Of a DNA stretch of 64,000 nucleotides, positions 9,628 to 19,571 are shown in pieces. How positions within the stretch are numbered: the first letter of the stretch is position 1; each line of letters opens with the position of its first letter. The translations under genes were made by a program, and so were the position numbers. Under the pieces are notes generated by a model. That model was not told the DNA's origin. It searched no databases and saw only the letters and a list, made by a program, of their open reading frames with translations. Source of the stretch: Candidatus Shapirobacteria bacterium (GTDB lineage Bacteria; Patescibacteriota; Microgenomatia; UBA12405); contig JAQWEN010000001.1 of NCBI GenBank assembly GCA_028704885.1, positions 350,679 through 414,678 on the forward strand, written 5' to 3'.

Positions 9628-10218
9628 ATGATGAACGAAATTTATAAAAAACAAGGTGGGTCGATCGGTGCTTTTATCTTAGATTTTATCCAGTCGATTG
9701 TTTTGGCTTTGGCTGTTTTTGTACTTTTATATCTTTTTGTAGCTCAACCAAACGAAGTTAAAGGAAGTTCAATGGTGCCTAATTTTGTAGATAAAGAATT
9801 TTTATTAACAGAAAAATTATCTTATCAATTTGGAACTCCAAAACGAGGTGATGTGGTTATTTTTAAGGCACCAGCAAGTGAGCCTTGTGCAGCTGAAGAA
9901 TGTGAATATATTAAAAGAATAATTGGACTGCCAGGAGACAAAGTGATGGTTAAAGGTGGTCAGGTTTATTTGAATGGTCAATTATTAAATCAGACTTTTT
10001 TACCACAAGGAGTAATAAGTGATCCGGGGCAATATGCACAAGAAGGATTAGAACAAACAGTTCCAGAAGGTCAATATCTATGTTTTGGTGATAATAGACA
10101 ACATTCACGAGATGGTCGAGAATTTGGTCCAATTAAAAAGGATTTGATTGTAGGAAAAGCTTTTTTTAAGTATTGGCCTTTGACTTCAATCGGTTTAGTT
10201 CCAACAGTAAGATTTTAA
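9628..10218 (+). CDS. lepB: Signal peptidase I
   Basis: GSSMVP (Ser), YIKRIIGLPGD (Lys), GDNRQHSRDGR. Confidence 0.95.
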   Translation: MMNEIYKKQGGSIGAFILDFIQSIVLALAVFVLLYLFVAQPNEVKGSSMVPNFVDKEFLLTEKLSYQFGTPKRGDVVIFKAPASEPCAAEECEYIKRIIGLPGDKVMVKGGQVYLNGQLLNQTFLPQGVISDPGQYAQEGLEQTVPEGQYLCFGDNRQHSRDGREFGPIKKDLIVGKAFFKYWPLTSIGLVPTVRF

Positions 10219-11054
10219 TTTTGGAGATCCTTTTTACAGATTTGTTTGTAGAGATTTTTTAGTTCGTCGAACCTTTGGTCGATTGGTCCTTTAAACTGGA
10301 AAGTTACTTTGGTTAAAATATTGGTTTGAACAATTTTTACAGAAGTGGTTTTATTATTAAAAACAGATTGCATATCTTGGCCAATATTATCGATTTTCGA
10401 TTTTAAAAATTGAGGTAAATTTTCTTTAGTAATTGGGACATCGCCTTCTTCTATTTTTTTACGCATTCTTCTGGCAATATCTTCGGCTCGACGAACCGAT
10501 GCTTTTTCTTTTAAAATAATTTTGTAGGCCTCAATCATTAAGCGAGTATCCCCTATTCCAGATAAAGCTCGGGCATGACCTTCGCTAATTAATCCAGATA
10601 ATAAACCATCTTTGATAGCATCAGGAAGGGTCAATAATTTAAGACAATTAATAACATAGGGAACACTTTTACTAACTTTTTTGGCGATTTGATTATTATC
10701 AAAACTAAATTCTTCTTTTAATCTTAAAAAAGCTTTTGCTCTTTCCATTGGATTTAAGTCTTTTCGCTGAACATTTTCAACAATGGCCATCTCTAGCATT
10801 TGTTGAGGAGTGGTTTCTTTGATAATGGCGGGAACGTACTCTAACTTGAGGGTTCTAGCAGCTCGCCAGCGCCTCTCCCCGGCAATTATTTGATATCCGG
10901 CTGGAGTTTTAGCAACAATGAGAGGTTCAAGGATTCCATGTTCTTTAATTGATTCAATTAATTCGGAAATCGATTCTTGATTAATAATACCTCGGGGTTG
11001 AAGTGGGTTTGGTTCTAGCTGATTGGTTGGAATTTGACTGACCTGTTTCATCAT
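10215..11054 (-). CDS. parB: ParB/Spo0J partition protein
   Basis: PNPLQPR, IIAGERRWRAA, ENVQRKDL, HTH, GHARAL. Confidence 0.93.
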   Translation of the reverse strand: MMKQVSQIPTNQLEPNPLQPRGIINQESISELIESIKEHGILEPLIVAKTPAGYQIIAGERRWRAARTLKLEYVPAIIKETTPQQMLEMAIVENVQRKDLNPMERAKAFLRLKEEFSFDNNQIAKKVSKSVPYVINCLKLLTLPDAIKDGLLSGLISEGHARALSGIGDTRLMIEAYKIILKEKASVRRAEDIARRMRKKIEEGDVPITKENLPQFLKSKIDNIGQDMQSVFNNKTTSVKIVQTNILTKVTFQFKGPIDQRFDELKNLYKQICKKDLQN

Positions 11055-11120
11055 AGTTAAAGATTACTATGAAAGGCCTCGTGAAAAAAGTATCCAAAAA
11101 TGATTCAAACTAAATCAAGC

Positions 11121-11372
11121 TTAACCTTTTATGACAGAAACGATGTTTTTACCAAATTTTTTGAAAAATTTGACAATACCTGGTCTCATGGCATAAATAG
11201 TAAAATCTTTGCCAGTTTTTACACCTTTACCAGCATGAAAACTAGAACCAACTTGTCTGATTATAATTTCGCCAACTTTAATTTTTTGACTACCAAAAAC
11301 TTTAACGCCTCTTCTTTGTCCAGGTCGATTTGATTTTTGATTTGTTTTACCTTGTGATTTTGTATGTGCCAT
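11121..11372 (-). CDS. rpmA: 50S ribosomal protein L27
   Basis: MAHTKSQG...RRGVK..G.IIIRQ.G..FHAG. Confidence 0.95.
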   Translation of the reverse strand: MAHTKSQGKTNQKSNRPGQRRGVKVFGSQKIKVGEIIIRQVGSSFHAGKGVKTGKDFTIYAMRPGIVKFFKKFGKNIVSVIKG

Positions 11373-11375
11373 AGT

Positions 11376-11690
11376 TTAGAAATTAATTTTGGTAATTTGG
11401 ATTTCGCTTAATTGAGCTCGAAAACCAGTGGTTTTTCGATAACGTGATTTTGATTTATATTTAAAAACTTTAAGTTTTTCACCTTGAAAATGTTTTAAAA
11501 CTTTAAATTCAACAGAAGCATCTTTGACAGTTGGAGTACCAACTTTAACTTTGTCTTCATTAACAATCAATAAAACTTGATCAGTTGTGGATTTTTCGCC
11601 TTCTTTAAGATCCAAAAGGTCGACAACGATTTTTTGATTTTCTTCGATTTGATGTTGGGTGCCAGAAATGGCAATAACGGCGTATTTCAT
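11376..11690 (-). CDS. rplU: 50S ribosomal protein L21
   Basis: MKYAVI...G.Q, KVGTP, FKYKSKSRYRK..GFR; adjacent to rpmA. Confidence 0.95.
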   Translation of the reverse strand: MKYAVIAISGTQHQIEENQKIVVDLLDLKEGEKSTTDQVLLIVNEDKVKVGTPTVKDASVEFKVLKHFQGEKLKVFKYKSKSRYRKTTGFRAQLSEIQITKINF

Positions 11691-11737
11691 ACTTTTGAAT
11701 TATAACATAGGAAATGAACTTGACAAGATAAAGATTA

Positions 11738-12733
11738 TTAAGATGAATAGATGATTCCGAGAGAAAAAAGTAAAGTCATTATCGATGAACCACCAACAGA
11801 AATAAAAGGTAAAGGAATACCAGTTACCGGTAAGAGACCAATGTTCATACCGATATTAATAAAAGTCTGGATCCAAATTTGAATGGCAATACCAAGAGTA
11901 AACAAAAATAATGCCCTATTTTTAGTTGAAAAAGCTTTGTTAAAAAGAGAACTGACGAGTAAATAATAAGCAAATAAAACAATGGTAATACCAATAAAAC
12001 CTAGTTCTTCGGCAGTGGTAGCAAACATAAAATCGGTGTGTTTTTCGGGTAAAAATAATAATTGTCCCTGAGTCCCCTTTTTGTAACCTTTGCCAAAAAA
12101 ACCACCGGAACCAATAGCAATTTGAGATTGAATAACATTGTAACCTTCGCCTAAAGGATCAGCCTTTGGATTTAAAAAAGTAGTAATTCTTTTTTGCTGG
12201 TAATCATGTAAGACGTATTTGTAGACAAGAGGAGAAATTAGAATAAAAATTAAGCCTAAAATAAGGGAAAGACGAAGTAATTTTTTGTTATATAGAATAA
12301 TAGGAATAATTAAAAAGAAAACGGAAATAGCACTGCCAAGATCTGGTTGCGCCATAATAATGGCGACGGGAATAAAATGAAAAAGAGGAAGATTAGTGGT
12401 GGCTAAAAATGACATGAGCCATGGTTTAACCAATTCTGACGGTTGAAGAGTAAGTCCAGCGAAATAAATCCATCGACGGGATCCTCGAGTAATACTATTT
12501 AAAATAATTGGGAGAAACAGAAGAATACAGCTGGTAATGAAAATTGGCCATTTATAAGAACTGAGTTGTTTTAAATTTATTTGTTTGCCGATGAAAAATA
12601 AAATTAAACCTAAAAACCAGGCGATTAATTGCTTAAAAACCAAATTGGGAGCAATCGAACTGATCATCAAAATGTTGATACAAAAAAGAACAGACAAACT
12701 AATTAAAGTTGGTAACCATAGTGATCTCGACAT
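11738..12733 (-). CDS. rodA: SEDS protein RodA
   Basis: GSRRW, QPSE, QPDLG, GYNVIQSQIAIGSGG, LPEKHTDF, PVTGIPLPFIS.GGSS. Confidence 0.88.
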   Translation of the reverse strand: MSRSLWLPTLISLSVLFCINILMISSIAPNLVFKQLIAWFLGLILFFIGKQINLKQLSSYKWPIFITSCILLFLPIILNSITRGSRRWIYFAGLTLQPSELVKPWLMSFLATTNLPLFHFIPVAIIMAQPDLGSAISVFFLIIPIILYNKKLLRLSLILGLIFILISPLVYKYVLHDYQQKRITTFLNPKADPLGEGYNVIQSQIAIGSGGFFGKGYKKGTQGQLLFLPEKHTDFMFATTAEELGFIGITIVLFAYYLLVSSLFNKAFSTKNRALFLFTLGIAIQIWIQTFINIGMNIGLLPVTGIPLPFISVGGSSIMTLLFSLGIIYSS

Positions 12734-12742
12734 TAGACAAGT

Positions 12743-15568
12743 TTAACTTATTTTTTCAATCTTAATGTTTTCTGATTTCTCGATAATTGTCCCGAGTGTT
12801 TTTGACAAAATTTCTTTTTCAAAATTAATTGGCCAATCGGGAGCAAAAATTTTAATTTTATCTTTTAAAGATAATTGATTTTCTTTGCGAAGACTTTGGA
12901 TTTGGCGAATTAAATCTCTGGCATCACCTTCGGCTTTTAATTCGGGAGTGATGTTAGTATCTAAAATAACTGTTAAATTATTTTTAGATAAATTTATTTC
13001 AACTTCTTTGACATTTAATTCATTTTTAATAATTTCAATCAAATTAGAATCTAGATCAATTTTTTTAGAATTACTAACAGTGGCTTTTAAAAGAGGTTGT
13101 CTGGTGCTTAAATTGTTAGTTTTTCGAATCATATTCCCCTGTTCACAAATTTCTCGAACATAAAGCATATTGTCTAATAATTGTTGATCAATAGATTTAG
13201 TTTCTGGATAAAGTTCCAAATGAACAGATTCTTTGGCATTGGAATCAAAAGGTAAAACTAGATTTTGCCAAAAATATTCAGTGATAAAAGGAATTAATGG
13301 AGCTGCAGTTTTAGTAAATTGAACTAAAACCTGCCAAAGAGTTTGAAGAGCTTCTTTATCGCCATTAACAAATCGATCTCGTGACTGACGAATGTACCAA
13401 CGAGATAAATCTTCGATATATGGAGTTACTAATTTAACAGCATTAGGAATAATATATTTGTCTAATTCTTGGGCAAATTCTTGAGTAAATTGATCAGTTC
13501 TAGTAATTATCCATTGATCCAAAACATTTAAATTTTTAATTTTTAATTCAAAATTTTTAATTTCTATATCTGGAGTCCAATCGTGCATTTGGGAATAAGT
13601 GCTGAGATATTTAAGACAATTCCAAAGAGGTAAAAGAACAAATTTGACTTTGTCTTCGATTTCTTTTTCATTGATGTTCATATTTTCACCAACCATAATG
13701 ACACTGCTCATTAAATAGAGACGCATGGCTTCGCCGCCGTATTTTTGAAGAACCATTTTAGTATCAGGATAATTTTTGAAAAGTTTACTCATTTTGCGGC
13801 CATCGTTACCCATAATAGTGCCAGTGACAACACAATTTTTGAAGGATTCTGATTGAAAAAGAGCATTGGACAAAACATGAAGAGTGTAAAACCAACCTCG
13901 AGTTTGGCCGATATATTCGATGATATAGTCAGCGGGGAATTCTTTTTCTAGTTGTTCTTTATTTTCAAAAGGATAATGTCTTTCGGCATAAGGCATGGAG
14001 CCAGATTCAAACCAACAGTCTAAAACTTCGGGAACTCGATGAACTTCTTGGCCACATTTATCACACTTAATGGTGACTTCATCAATATCTGGTTTATGAA
14101 GATTGGTTACTTTTTTACCAGATCTGGCTTCTAAATCAGCGATAGATGAAGGAACATAACGCTGGCCACAATCACATTCCCAAACTGGAATTGGAGAGGC
14201 CCAATAACGAGAACGAGAAAGACACCAATCAGGAGCAGTTTCAATCCCCTGTCCAAAACGACCATTTTTAATATGATCTGGAACCCAATTAATTTTTTGA
14301 TTGGTAGATTTCATGCCATCTTTAATTGATTGGACATTTAAATACCATGCGGTTTGAGATTTGTAGATTAAAGGAGTGCCACAGCGATAGCAAAAAGGAT
14401 AACTGTGTTTAATTTTTTCTTCTTTGAAAATTAAATTTCTGGATTTTAAATCATCAATAACCAAAGGATCGGCTTTTTTAACAAAAAGGCCAGCGAAAGG
14501 AGTAACTTGGTCAATTATTTTACCTTCATCATCGACATGATCGATAACGGATAAATTATTGGCTTTACCAAAAGCAGAATCGTCTTCACCAAAACCTGGA
14601 GCAATGTGAACAATTCCAGTGCCGTCGGTCATTGAGACAAAATCAGCGTGATAAATTTTATAATCAGTTGAAGTTACTTCAAAAAAATTATAGAGAGGTT
14701 CATAAGAAAGACCAATTAAATCCTGACCTTTAAATTCTTTAACTATTTTATATTCTTGATTAGCTAAAACTGATTCAAGTCGAGCCTTGGCGAGAATAAT
14801 ATTTTCATTATTAATATTAATTTCAACATAATCCTCATCTTTATTGATAGCTAGAGCTAAATTGCCAGGAAGAGTCCAAGGAGTAGTGGTCCAAGCCAAG
14901 ATAAAAGCATCACGATCTTTTAATTTAAATTTTATAGAAATAGCTGGATCTTCAACATCTTTGTAGGAATTATCCATGGCGATTTCGAAGTTGGAAAGAG
15001 GAGTGGAACAGCGAGGACAATAAAGGGAAATACGACGACCTTTGTAAATTAAACCTTTTTTATAAAGTTCGGAAAAAACCCACATAACACTTTCCATATA
15101 ATTTAAATCCATGGTTTTGTAGGCGTGTTCGATATCGACCCAACGGCCAATATGATCGATATACCAAGGCCATTCTTGAGAAACATTTTGAACGTAGGAA
15201 TAACATTCTTCGATATATTTTTTAACACCAATTTGTTCAATGTCTTTTTTGGATTTTAAACCAAGTTTTTCTTCAACTTTATTTTCAGCTGGAAGACCAT
15301 GGCAATCCCAACCCCAAACTCGTTTAACTTTTTTACCTTTCATGGTTTGATATCGAGGAATAATATCTTTGGCGATACTGGACAATAAATGACCATGATG
15401 AGGCATACCGGTAATAAAAGGAGGGCCGTCGTAAAAAGTGTAAGTATTATCAGCTGGTCTTTGATCAACTGATTTCTCAAAAATTTTATTTTCTTTCCAA
15501 AAAGAAATTATCTCTTCTTCGAGAGCGGGGAAACTTTGGTTTTGAGGAATATCTTTAAACCTAGACAT
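12743..15568 (-). CDS. ileS: Isoleucine--tRNA ligase (type 2)
   Basis: FYDGPPF, HHGH (HIGH), GWDCHGLP, WTTTPWTLP, WCLSRSRYW, KMSKL. Confidence 0.95.
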   Translation of the reverse strand: MSRFKDIPQNQSFPALEEEIISFWKENKIFEKSVDQRPADNTYTFYDGPPFITGMPHHGHLLSSIAKDIIPRYQTMKGKKVKRVWGWDCHGLPAENKVEEKLGLKSKKDIEQIGVKKYIEECYSYVQNVSQEWPWYIDHIGRWVDIEHAYKTMDLNYMESVMWVFSELYKKGLIYKGRRISLYCPRCSTPLSNFEIAMDNSYKDVEDPAISIKFKLKDRDAFILAWTTTPWTLPGNLALAINKDEDYVEININNENIILAKARLESVLANQEYKIVKEFKGQDLIGLSYEPLYNFFEVTSTDYKIYHADFVSMTDGTGIVHIAPGFGEDDSAFGKANNLSVIDHVDDEGKIIDQVTPFAGLFVKKADPLVIDDLKSRNLIFKEEKIKHSYPFCYRCGTPLIYKSQTAWYLNVQSIKDGMKSTNQKINWVPDHIKNGRFGQGIETAPDWCLSRSRYWASPIPVWECDCGQRYVPSSIADLEARSGKKVTNLHKPDIDEVTIKCDKCGQEVHRVPEVLDCWFESGSMPYAERHYPFENKEQLEKEFPADYIIEYIGQTRGWFYTLHVLSNALFQSESFKNCVVTGTIMGNDGRKMSKLFKNYPDTKMVLQKYGGEAMRLYLMSSVIMVGENMNINEKEIEDKVKFVLLPLWNCLKYLSTYSQMHDWTPDIEIKNFELKIKNLNVLDQWIITRTDQFTQEFAQELDKYIIPNAVKLVTPYIEDLSRWYIRQSRDRFVNGDKEALQTLWQVLVQFTKTAAPLIPFITEYFWQNLVLPFDSNAKESVHLELYPETKSIDQQLLDNMLYVREICEQGNMIRKTNNLSTRQPLLKATVSNSKKIDLDSNLIEIIKNELNVKEVEINLSKNNLTVILDTNITPELKAEGDARDLIRQIQSLRKENQLSLKDKIKIFAPDWPINFEKEILSKTLGTIIEKSENIKIEKIS
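13529..13566. repeat. Heptamer tandem repeat (TAATTTT-like) inside ileS
   Basis: AAATTTT-TAATTTT-TAATTCA-AAATTTT-TAATTTC; encodes EIKNFELKIKNL. Confidence 0.5.
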
Positions 15569-15604
15569 ATGGTCTTATTATACACTAGATTTGTGGCTAA
15601 AATA

Positions 15605-15633
15605 TTGACTTTTTAACTAATTAATGATATTAT
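15605..15633 (+). promoter_or_regulatory. Sigma70-type promoter
   Basis: TTGACT-17 nt-TATTAT with TG extension. Confidence 0.6.
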
Positions 15634-15766
15634 AGGTTAGTTTAATGATAAAATCATTTAACTAATACAAATCTTTTTTATCACTCAGAAACATTGCTTC
15701 TGGGTTCTATATATAAAAGATAGATCTTGAAAAAATTGTCCAATAACTTGATAGAAAGGGATTTTT

Positions 15767-16102
15767 ATGAAAAGTTTGATTAAGTTTGTCTTGTTTTTCA
15801 TGGTAATTGCCCTTGTCGTTTTGTTTGTTTCATTGATTATTAATGCTACTGATCATTTCAGTTTCAAAACAATTGATAAATTAACTATTTTAGACGACGA
15901 TTCTATCGTGTTTATTCCAGAGGGATCTTTCATTTTAGGTGATGCCTACGAAACAGTTGAAATTGGTGGTCAAATGATCAATCAATCAAAAATACCGGAA
16001 AATAAAAAAATAGGCAAAGAGACATTGATCAAAGTTGATTACAAATGTGTTGTTTACTTTGACAATGAACAGAATGAAGCGCTTAAATTATTGGGTAATT
16101 AA
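15767..16102 (+). CDS. Hypothetical protein with N-terminal TM/signal
   Basis: ORF with SD GAAAGGGA, upstream promoter and downstream terminator. Confidence 0.6.
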   Translation: MKSLIKFVLFFMVIALVVLFVSLIINATDHFSFKTIDKLTILDDDSIVFIPEGSFILGDAYETVEIGGQMINQSKIPENKKIGKETLIKVDYKCVVYFDNEQNEALKLLGN

Positions 16103-16107
16103 AAAAT

Positions 16108-16180
16108 AAACGGTCGAGAGAAAAAATGAAGTGGTGCCAATTTGGTATCAACGAATTTTATTTTCCGACCGTTTTTTTTT
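16108..16180 (+). terminator. Long compound hairpin terminator
   Basis: AAACGGTCG...CGACCGTTT plus T9, with inner TGGTGCCA/TGGTATCA stem. Confidence 0.65.
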
Positions 16181-16404
16181 GCAAAAAATTGATTTTTTTC
16201 TATATTAGTGGTAAAAGTTGGTTAGCTAATTTAAATTAAAAATTAAAAGCGATAGCGCTTTTTATATAAAGATTTAAATAAAGGTCTTTGACAGATTGAA
16301 GGAGGGAAAAGAATTAAAAAATTTAAAGGAGGTTTGGTTGATAATATTATTTATTGAGGCTTAGACTTATTTAATGATGGTAGAAAGAGAGGTTTTGAAA
16401 GATA

Positions 16405-16704
16405 ATGGTTAAGACAAGTTTAATGATGACTAGTAAAAGAGATATAGAGTCTTTTGGTATCACCAGGTTGTTGGCTTTTGTTTTTAACATAAAAAAAGAA
16501 CTTTTTTCGATTCAATATATGTGTAGCTCGATGCCAATTTTGGCAATGATGCAAATTTATCAGGTTGAAGAGAAGACTCTTTGTTTATTCAAAGAATATA
16601 ATGGCTGTTTAATTGATGATCTTGAAATGAAAAGACGATTAGGCGCTTTAGAAGATGAGGTGGCAAAGATTTGTCAAAATTTTACTATTCCTATTTTTTC
16701 CTGA
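16405..16704 (+). CDS. Hypothetical protein
   Basis: 99-aa ORF after a purine-rich SD-like tract; no recognisable motif. Confidence 0.45.
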   Translation: MVKTSLMMTSKRDIESFGITRLLAFVFNIKKELFSIQYMCSSMPILAMMQIYQVEEKTLCLFKEYNGCLIDDLEMKRRLGALEDEVAKICQNFTIPIFS

Positions 16705-16712
16705 GATTTATA

Positions 16713-16781
16713 GAAAGCGGCTGAAAGCTAAAATGATTAATACCTTGGGTATTTTTTGTTTTAGTGAGTAGGTCGTTTTTA
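16713..16781. terminator. Long hairpin between convergent genes
   Basis: AAAGCGGCT/GGTCGTTTT outer stem, CTAAAA/TTTTAG middle stem, AATACC/GGTATT inner stem. Confidence 0.5.
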
Positions 16782-16783
16782 TT

Positions 16784-17959
16784 TTAATTATTTTTTCTTA
16801 AAAAGGCTGGAATGTCGTATTCGTCGACAATATCAATTCCGGCGGGAACTTCTTTGTTGTCTAAAAATTCTTTTATTTGATTGTCGCTAAGTTCGTTGGG
16901 TGTTAATAGATTATTATCTGATTTTTGGGTATTTTCTGCTTTAGGCATATTAATTAAAGTTGGTTGAGGTTTTTTTATATGCTGATAAAGACTGGCGCGA
17001 TTAGAGTCAAAACCAGTAGCAATGACAGAAATTTTTACTTTGCCTTTTAGATCATTATCAATGGTGGCACCAAAAATAATATTGGCGTCAGGAGCGGTTC
17101 TTTCAGTAATAGTTCTAGCGGCTTCTTCAATTTCGGCCATGGTAATGTCGGGTCCACCAGTAACATTAATTAAAACTCCTCTAGCACCTTCAATATTGAC
17201 CTCGATAAGGGGAGAATTGACGGCATCTTCGACGGCTTTTTGAACTTTATTTTCACCTTCAGCCTCGCCTACTCCCATTAACGCCGAACCAGCATTGCTC
17301 ATAACAGTCTTAATGTCAGCAAAATCGAGATTGATTAAACCTGGAACGGTAATTAAATCGGCAATAGCTTTAGTGCCCTTACTTAAAACAGAATCGGCAA
17401 TTTTAAAAGCTTCAAGAAGAGTGGCCTTAGTATTAACAACTTCCATGACTTTTTGGTTGGGAATGACAATTAAGGTATCGACATTTTCTCTTAATTGAGA
17501 AATTCCTTCTTCGGCATTGGTCATACGACGAGTACCTTCGAATAAAAATGGTTTAGTGACAACTCCGATAGTTAAAATACCTAATTCTTTTTTAGCAATT
17601 TGAGCAATAAGCGGAGCAGCTCCAGTACAAGTGCCTCCACCCATGCCGCCAGTAATAAAAACCATGTCGGTGCCTTCCAATACTTCTTTAATCCTTTCTT
17701 TGGATTCTTCGGCAGCTTTTTGACCAATTTGAGGATTACCGCCAGCCCCTAAACCCTTAGTTAATTTTTCGCCAATTTGAATTTTAACTGAGGCTAGAGA
17801 ATTTAATAAAGCTTGAGAATCGGTATTAACAGAAATAAAATCGACGCCTTTAATGGAATCTTCTAAAATCATTGAATTAATGGCATTATTACCACCGCCA
17901 CCAACTCCGATGACTTTTATTTTGGCAAATTGTCCAGTGAGAGTTTTAATTAATCCCAT
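16784..17959 (-). CDS. ftsZ: Cell division protein FtsZ
   Basis: [40 protein letters not shown]-terminal DIPAFLRK. Confidence 0.97.
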   Translation of the reverse strand: MGLIKTLTGQFAKIKVIGVGGGGNNAINSMILEDSIKGVDFISVNTDSQALLNSLASVKIQIGEKLTKGLGAGGNPQIGQKAAEESKERIKEVLEGTDMVFITGGMGGGTCTGAAPLIAQIAKKELGILTIGVVTKPFLFEGTRRMTNAEEGISQLRENVDTLIVIPNQKVMEVVNTKATLLEAFKIADSVLSKGTKAIADLITVPGLINLDFADIKTVMSNAGSALMGVGEAEGENKVQKAVEDAVNSPLIEVNIEGARGVLINVTGGPDITMAEIEEAARTITERTAPDANIIFGATIDNDLKGKVKISVIATGFDSNRASLYQHIKKPQPTLINMPKAENTQKSDNNLLTPNELSDNQIKEFLDNKEVPAGIDIVDEYDIPAFLRKNN

Positions 17960-17962
17960 ATA

Positions 17963-19210
17963 TTAGGGTAAAAGTGGTTCTAGTAGTTTTTTTATCTTAC
18001 CGATAAATCCACCCATAGAAACTTTTGGAGCTTTAATGCTTGCCCCACTACTCTTTTTGGCATTTTTATTGTGAATCAAAAGACCAATGGTGCTAGTATA
18101 AGCTGGATTAATAATATCATCAACTATACCACCAACTCTTGGAGGGTTGGCAATTCTTAATGGAAGAGGAATTATTTTGTTACAGATTTCTTTGGCATTA
18201 ACAGTCATGGCGCCACCACCAGTTAAAACAATTCCAGCCGGAATTGATTGATGAAAACCACTGGCTTCAATTTGAGAATAAATTAGACTAAAAATTTCTT
18301 CTAAACGAGGTTTAATTATGCCATTTATAGCCATTTGGAGAGAGATTTTTTTCTTATCATCAGAGTGAATATCAAAATGAGATAATTCGATTTCATCCTC
18401 AAATTTTTTGGTTTCAGACAGTTTAGCCAATTTTAATTTTATTCTTTCGGCATCTTCGATGGAAAATCGAAGACCAATGGCAATGTCGTTAGTAACATTA
18501 TTGGCACCAACTGGAATTACAGAAGAAAATACTGGGGAACCTTCAATGAAAATAGTTATATTAGTAATGCTGCCGCCAATATCTACCAAAGCAACACCTA
18601 ATTCTTTTTCAGTTTCGGTTAGAGCGGCGGTGGCAGTACTCAATCCGGCGTAAGTTAAGGATTCAATTTTAATGCCAATGTCTTCAAGACATTTTTTGAG
18701 ATTTTTTAAAGCAGGACTGGAAGCCAAGATTAAATGAGCTTCAACTTCAAGGCGAATACCATTCATGCCGACTGGATCAATAACCCCCTCTTGACCATCA
18801 ACTGTAAATTTTCTTTGAATAATATGAATTATTTCTTTGCCACTGGGAAGAGAAATTGCTTTGGCAGCTTCAGTGACTCGGTTAATATCATTAATATCAA
18901 TTTCACCATTGGGATTACTAATAGCGACAACGCCATGTGAATTAACTGATTCAATATGAGGAGCGGAAATGGAAATATGAGCATTATTTATTTGAAAACC
19001 AGCCATTCTTTCGGCTGATTCAATACTTTGAGTAATAGTGTGGGAAGCCTGTTCCAGATTGATTATTTGACCTTTTCGAAAACCTAGGGAGGGAATTGAA
19101 GAAACGGCCACAATATTAAATTTATCTTCAGCTTCAAAATATTGACCAACTAGGGTAGTGACCTTTGAGGTACCGATATCGATTACATTAATTATTTTTG
19201 TATGTTGCAT
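17963..19210 (-). CDS. ftsA: Cell division protein FtsA
   Basis: DIGTSKV, AERMAG, VDIGG, GIVLTGGGA, C-terminal amphipathic helix. Confidence 0.95.
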   Translation of the reverse strand: MQHTKIINVIDIGTSKVTTLVGQYFEAEDKFNIVAVSSIPSLGFRKGQIINLEQASHTITQSIESAERMAGFQINNAHISISAPHIESVNSHGVVAISNPNGEIDINDINRVTEAAKAISLPSGKEIIHIIQRKFTVDGQEGVIDPVGMNGIRLEVEAHLILASSPALKNLKKCLEDIGIKIESLTYAGLSTATAALTETEKELGVALVDIGGSITNITIFIEGSPVFSSVIPVGANNVTNDIAIGLRFSIEDAERIKLKLAKLSETKKFEDEIELSHFDIHSDDKKKISLQMAINGIIKPRLEEIFSLIYSQIEASGFHQSIPAGIVLTGGGAMTVNAKEICNKIIPLPLRIANPPRVGGIVDDIINPAYTSTIGLLIHNKNAKKSSGASIKAPKVSMGGFIGKIKKLLEPLLP

Positions 19211-19571
19211 ATGGGTGGCTAATACTTAGATCAACTAATTGTAGTTGTTTATTATTAATTTTAGCTGTTTTTAAAATTTCTTGTAAAGAAGTAATTTGCC
19301 AATAAGGATTTTTTTTGGTTGATAAAATAATTTTAATTGGATTGTTACTTTCATTAATTATATAGAATTCGAATTGATTTTGATAATCCCTAGTAGTGCT
19401 TTTAGTGATGTTAATTTGGGCGGTTTTTAATCCGTGTTCTATTTGGAGATAAAAATTATTTTTGGTGGAAGTTGGATCAATTTTGTTTTCAGAAAAATTT
19501 ACTAGTGAATAAACAGAAAGGGATAAAGAAAAAATGAAAATAATAAAAAGAAAAATTTTAAATAATTTCAT
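19188..19571 (-). CDS. Short FtsQ/DivIB-like protein
   Basis: Position between murG and ftsA; N-terminal TM; C-terminal VDLS..HP resembles the FtsQ beta-domain end; no POTRA-length region. Confidence 0.45.
   Translation of the reverse strand: MKLFKIFLFIIFIFSLSLSVYSLVNFSENKIDPTSTKNNFYLQIEHGLKTAQINITKSTTRDYQNQFEFYIINESNNPIKIILSTKKNPYWQITSLQEILKTAKINNKQLQLVDLSISHPYATYKNN

Noticed and set aside
11055-11120. parS site or parA near parB
   Set aside because: Only a partial CGTGAAA match, no palindromic parS; parA is not in the window
15569-15604. T-box leader for ileS (and for glyQS)
   Set aside because: The -10 box lies 8 nt (5 nt for glyQS) from the ATG, leaving no room for a leader; no T-box motif
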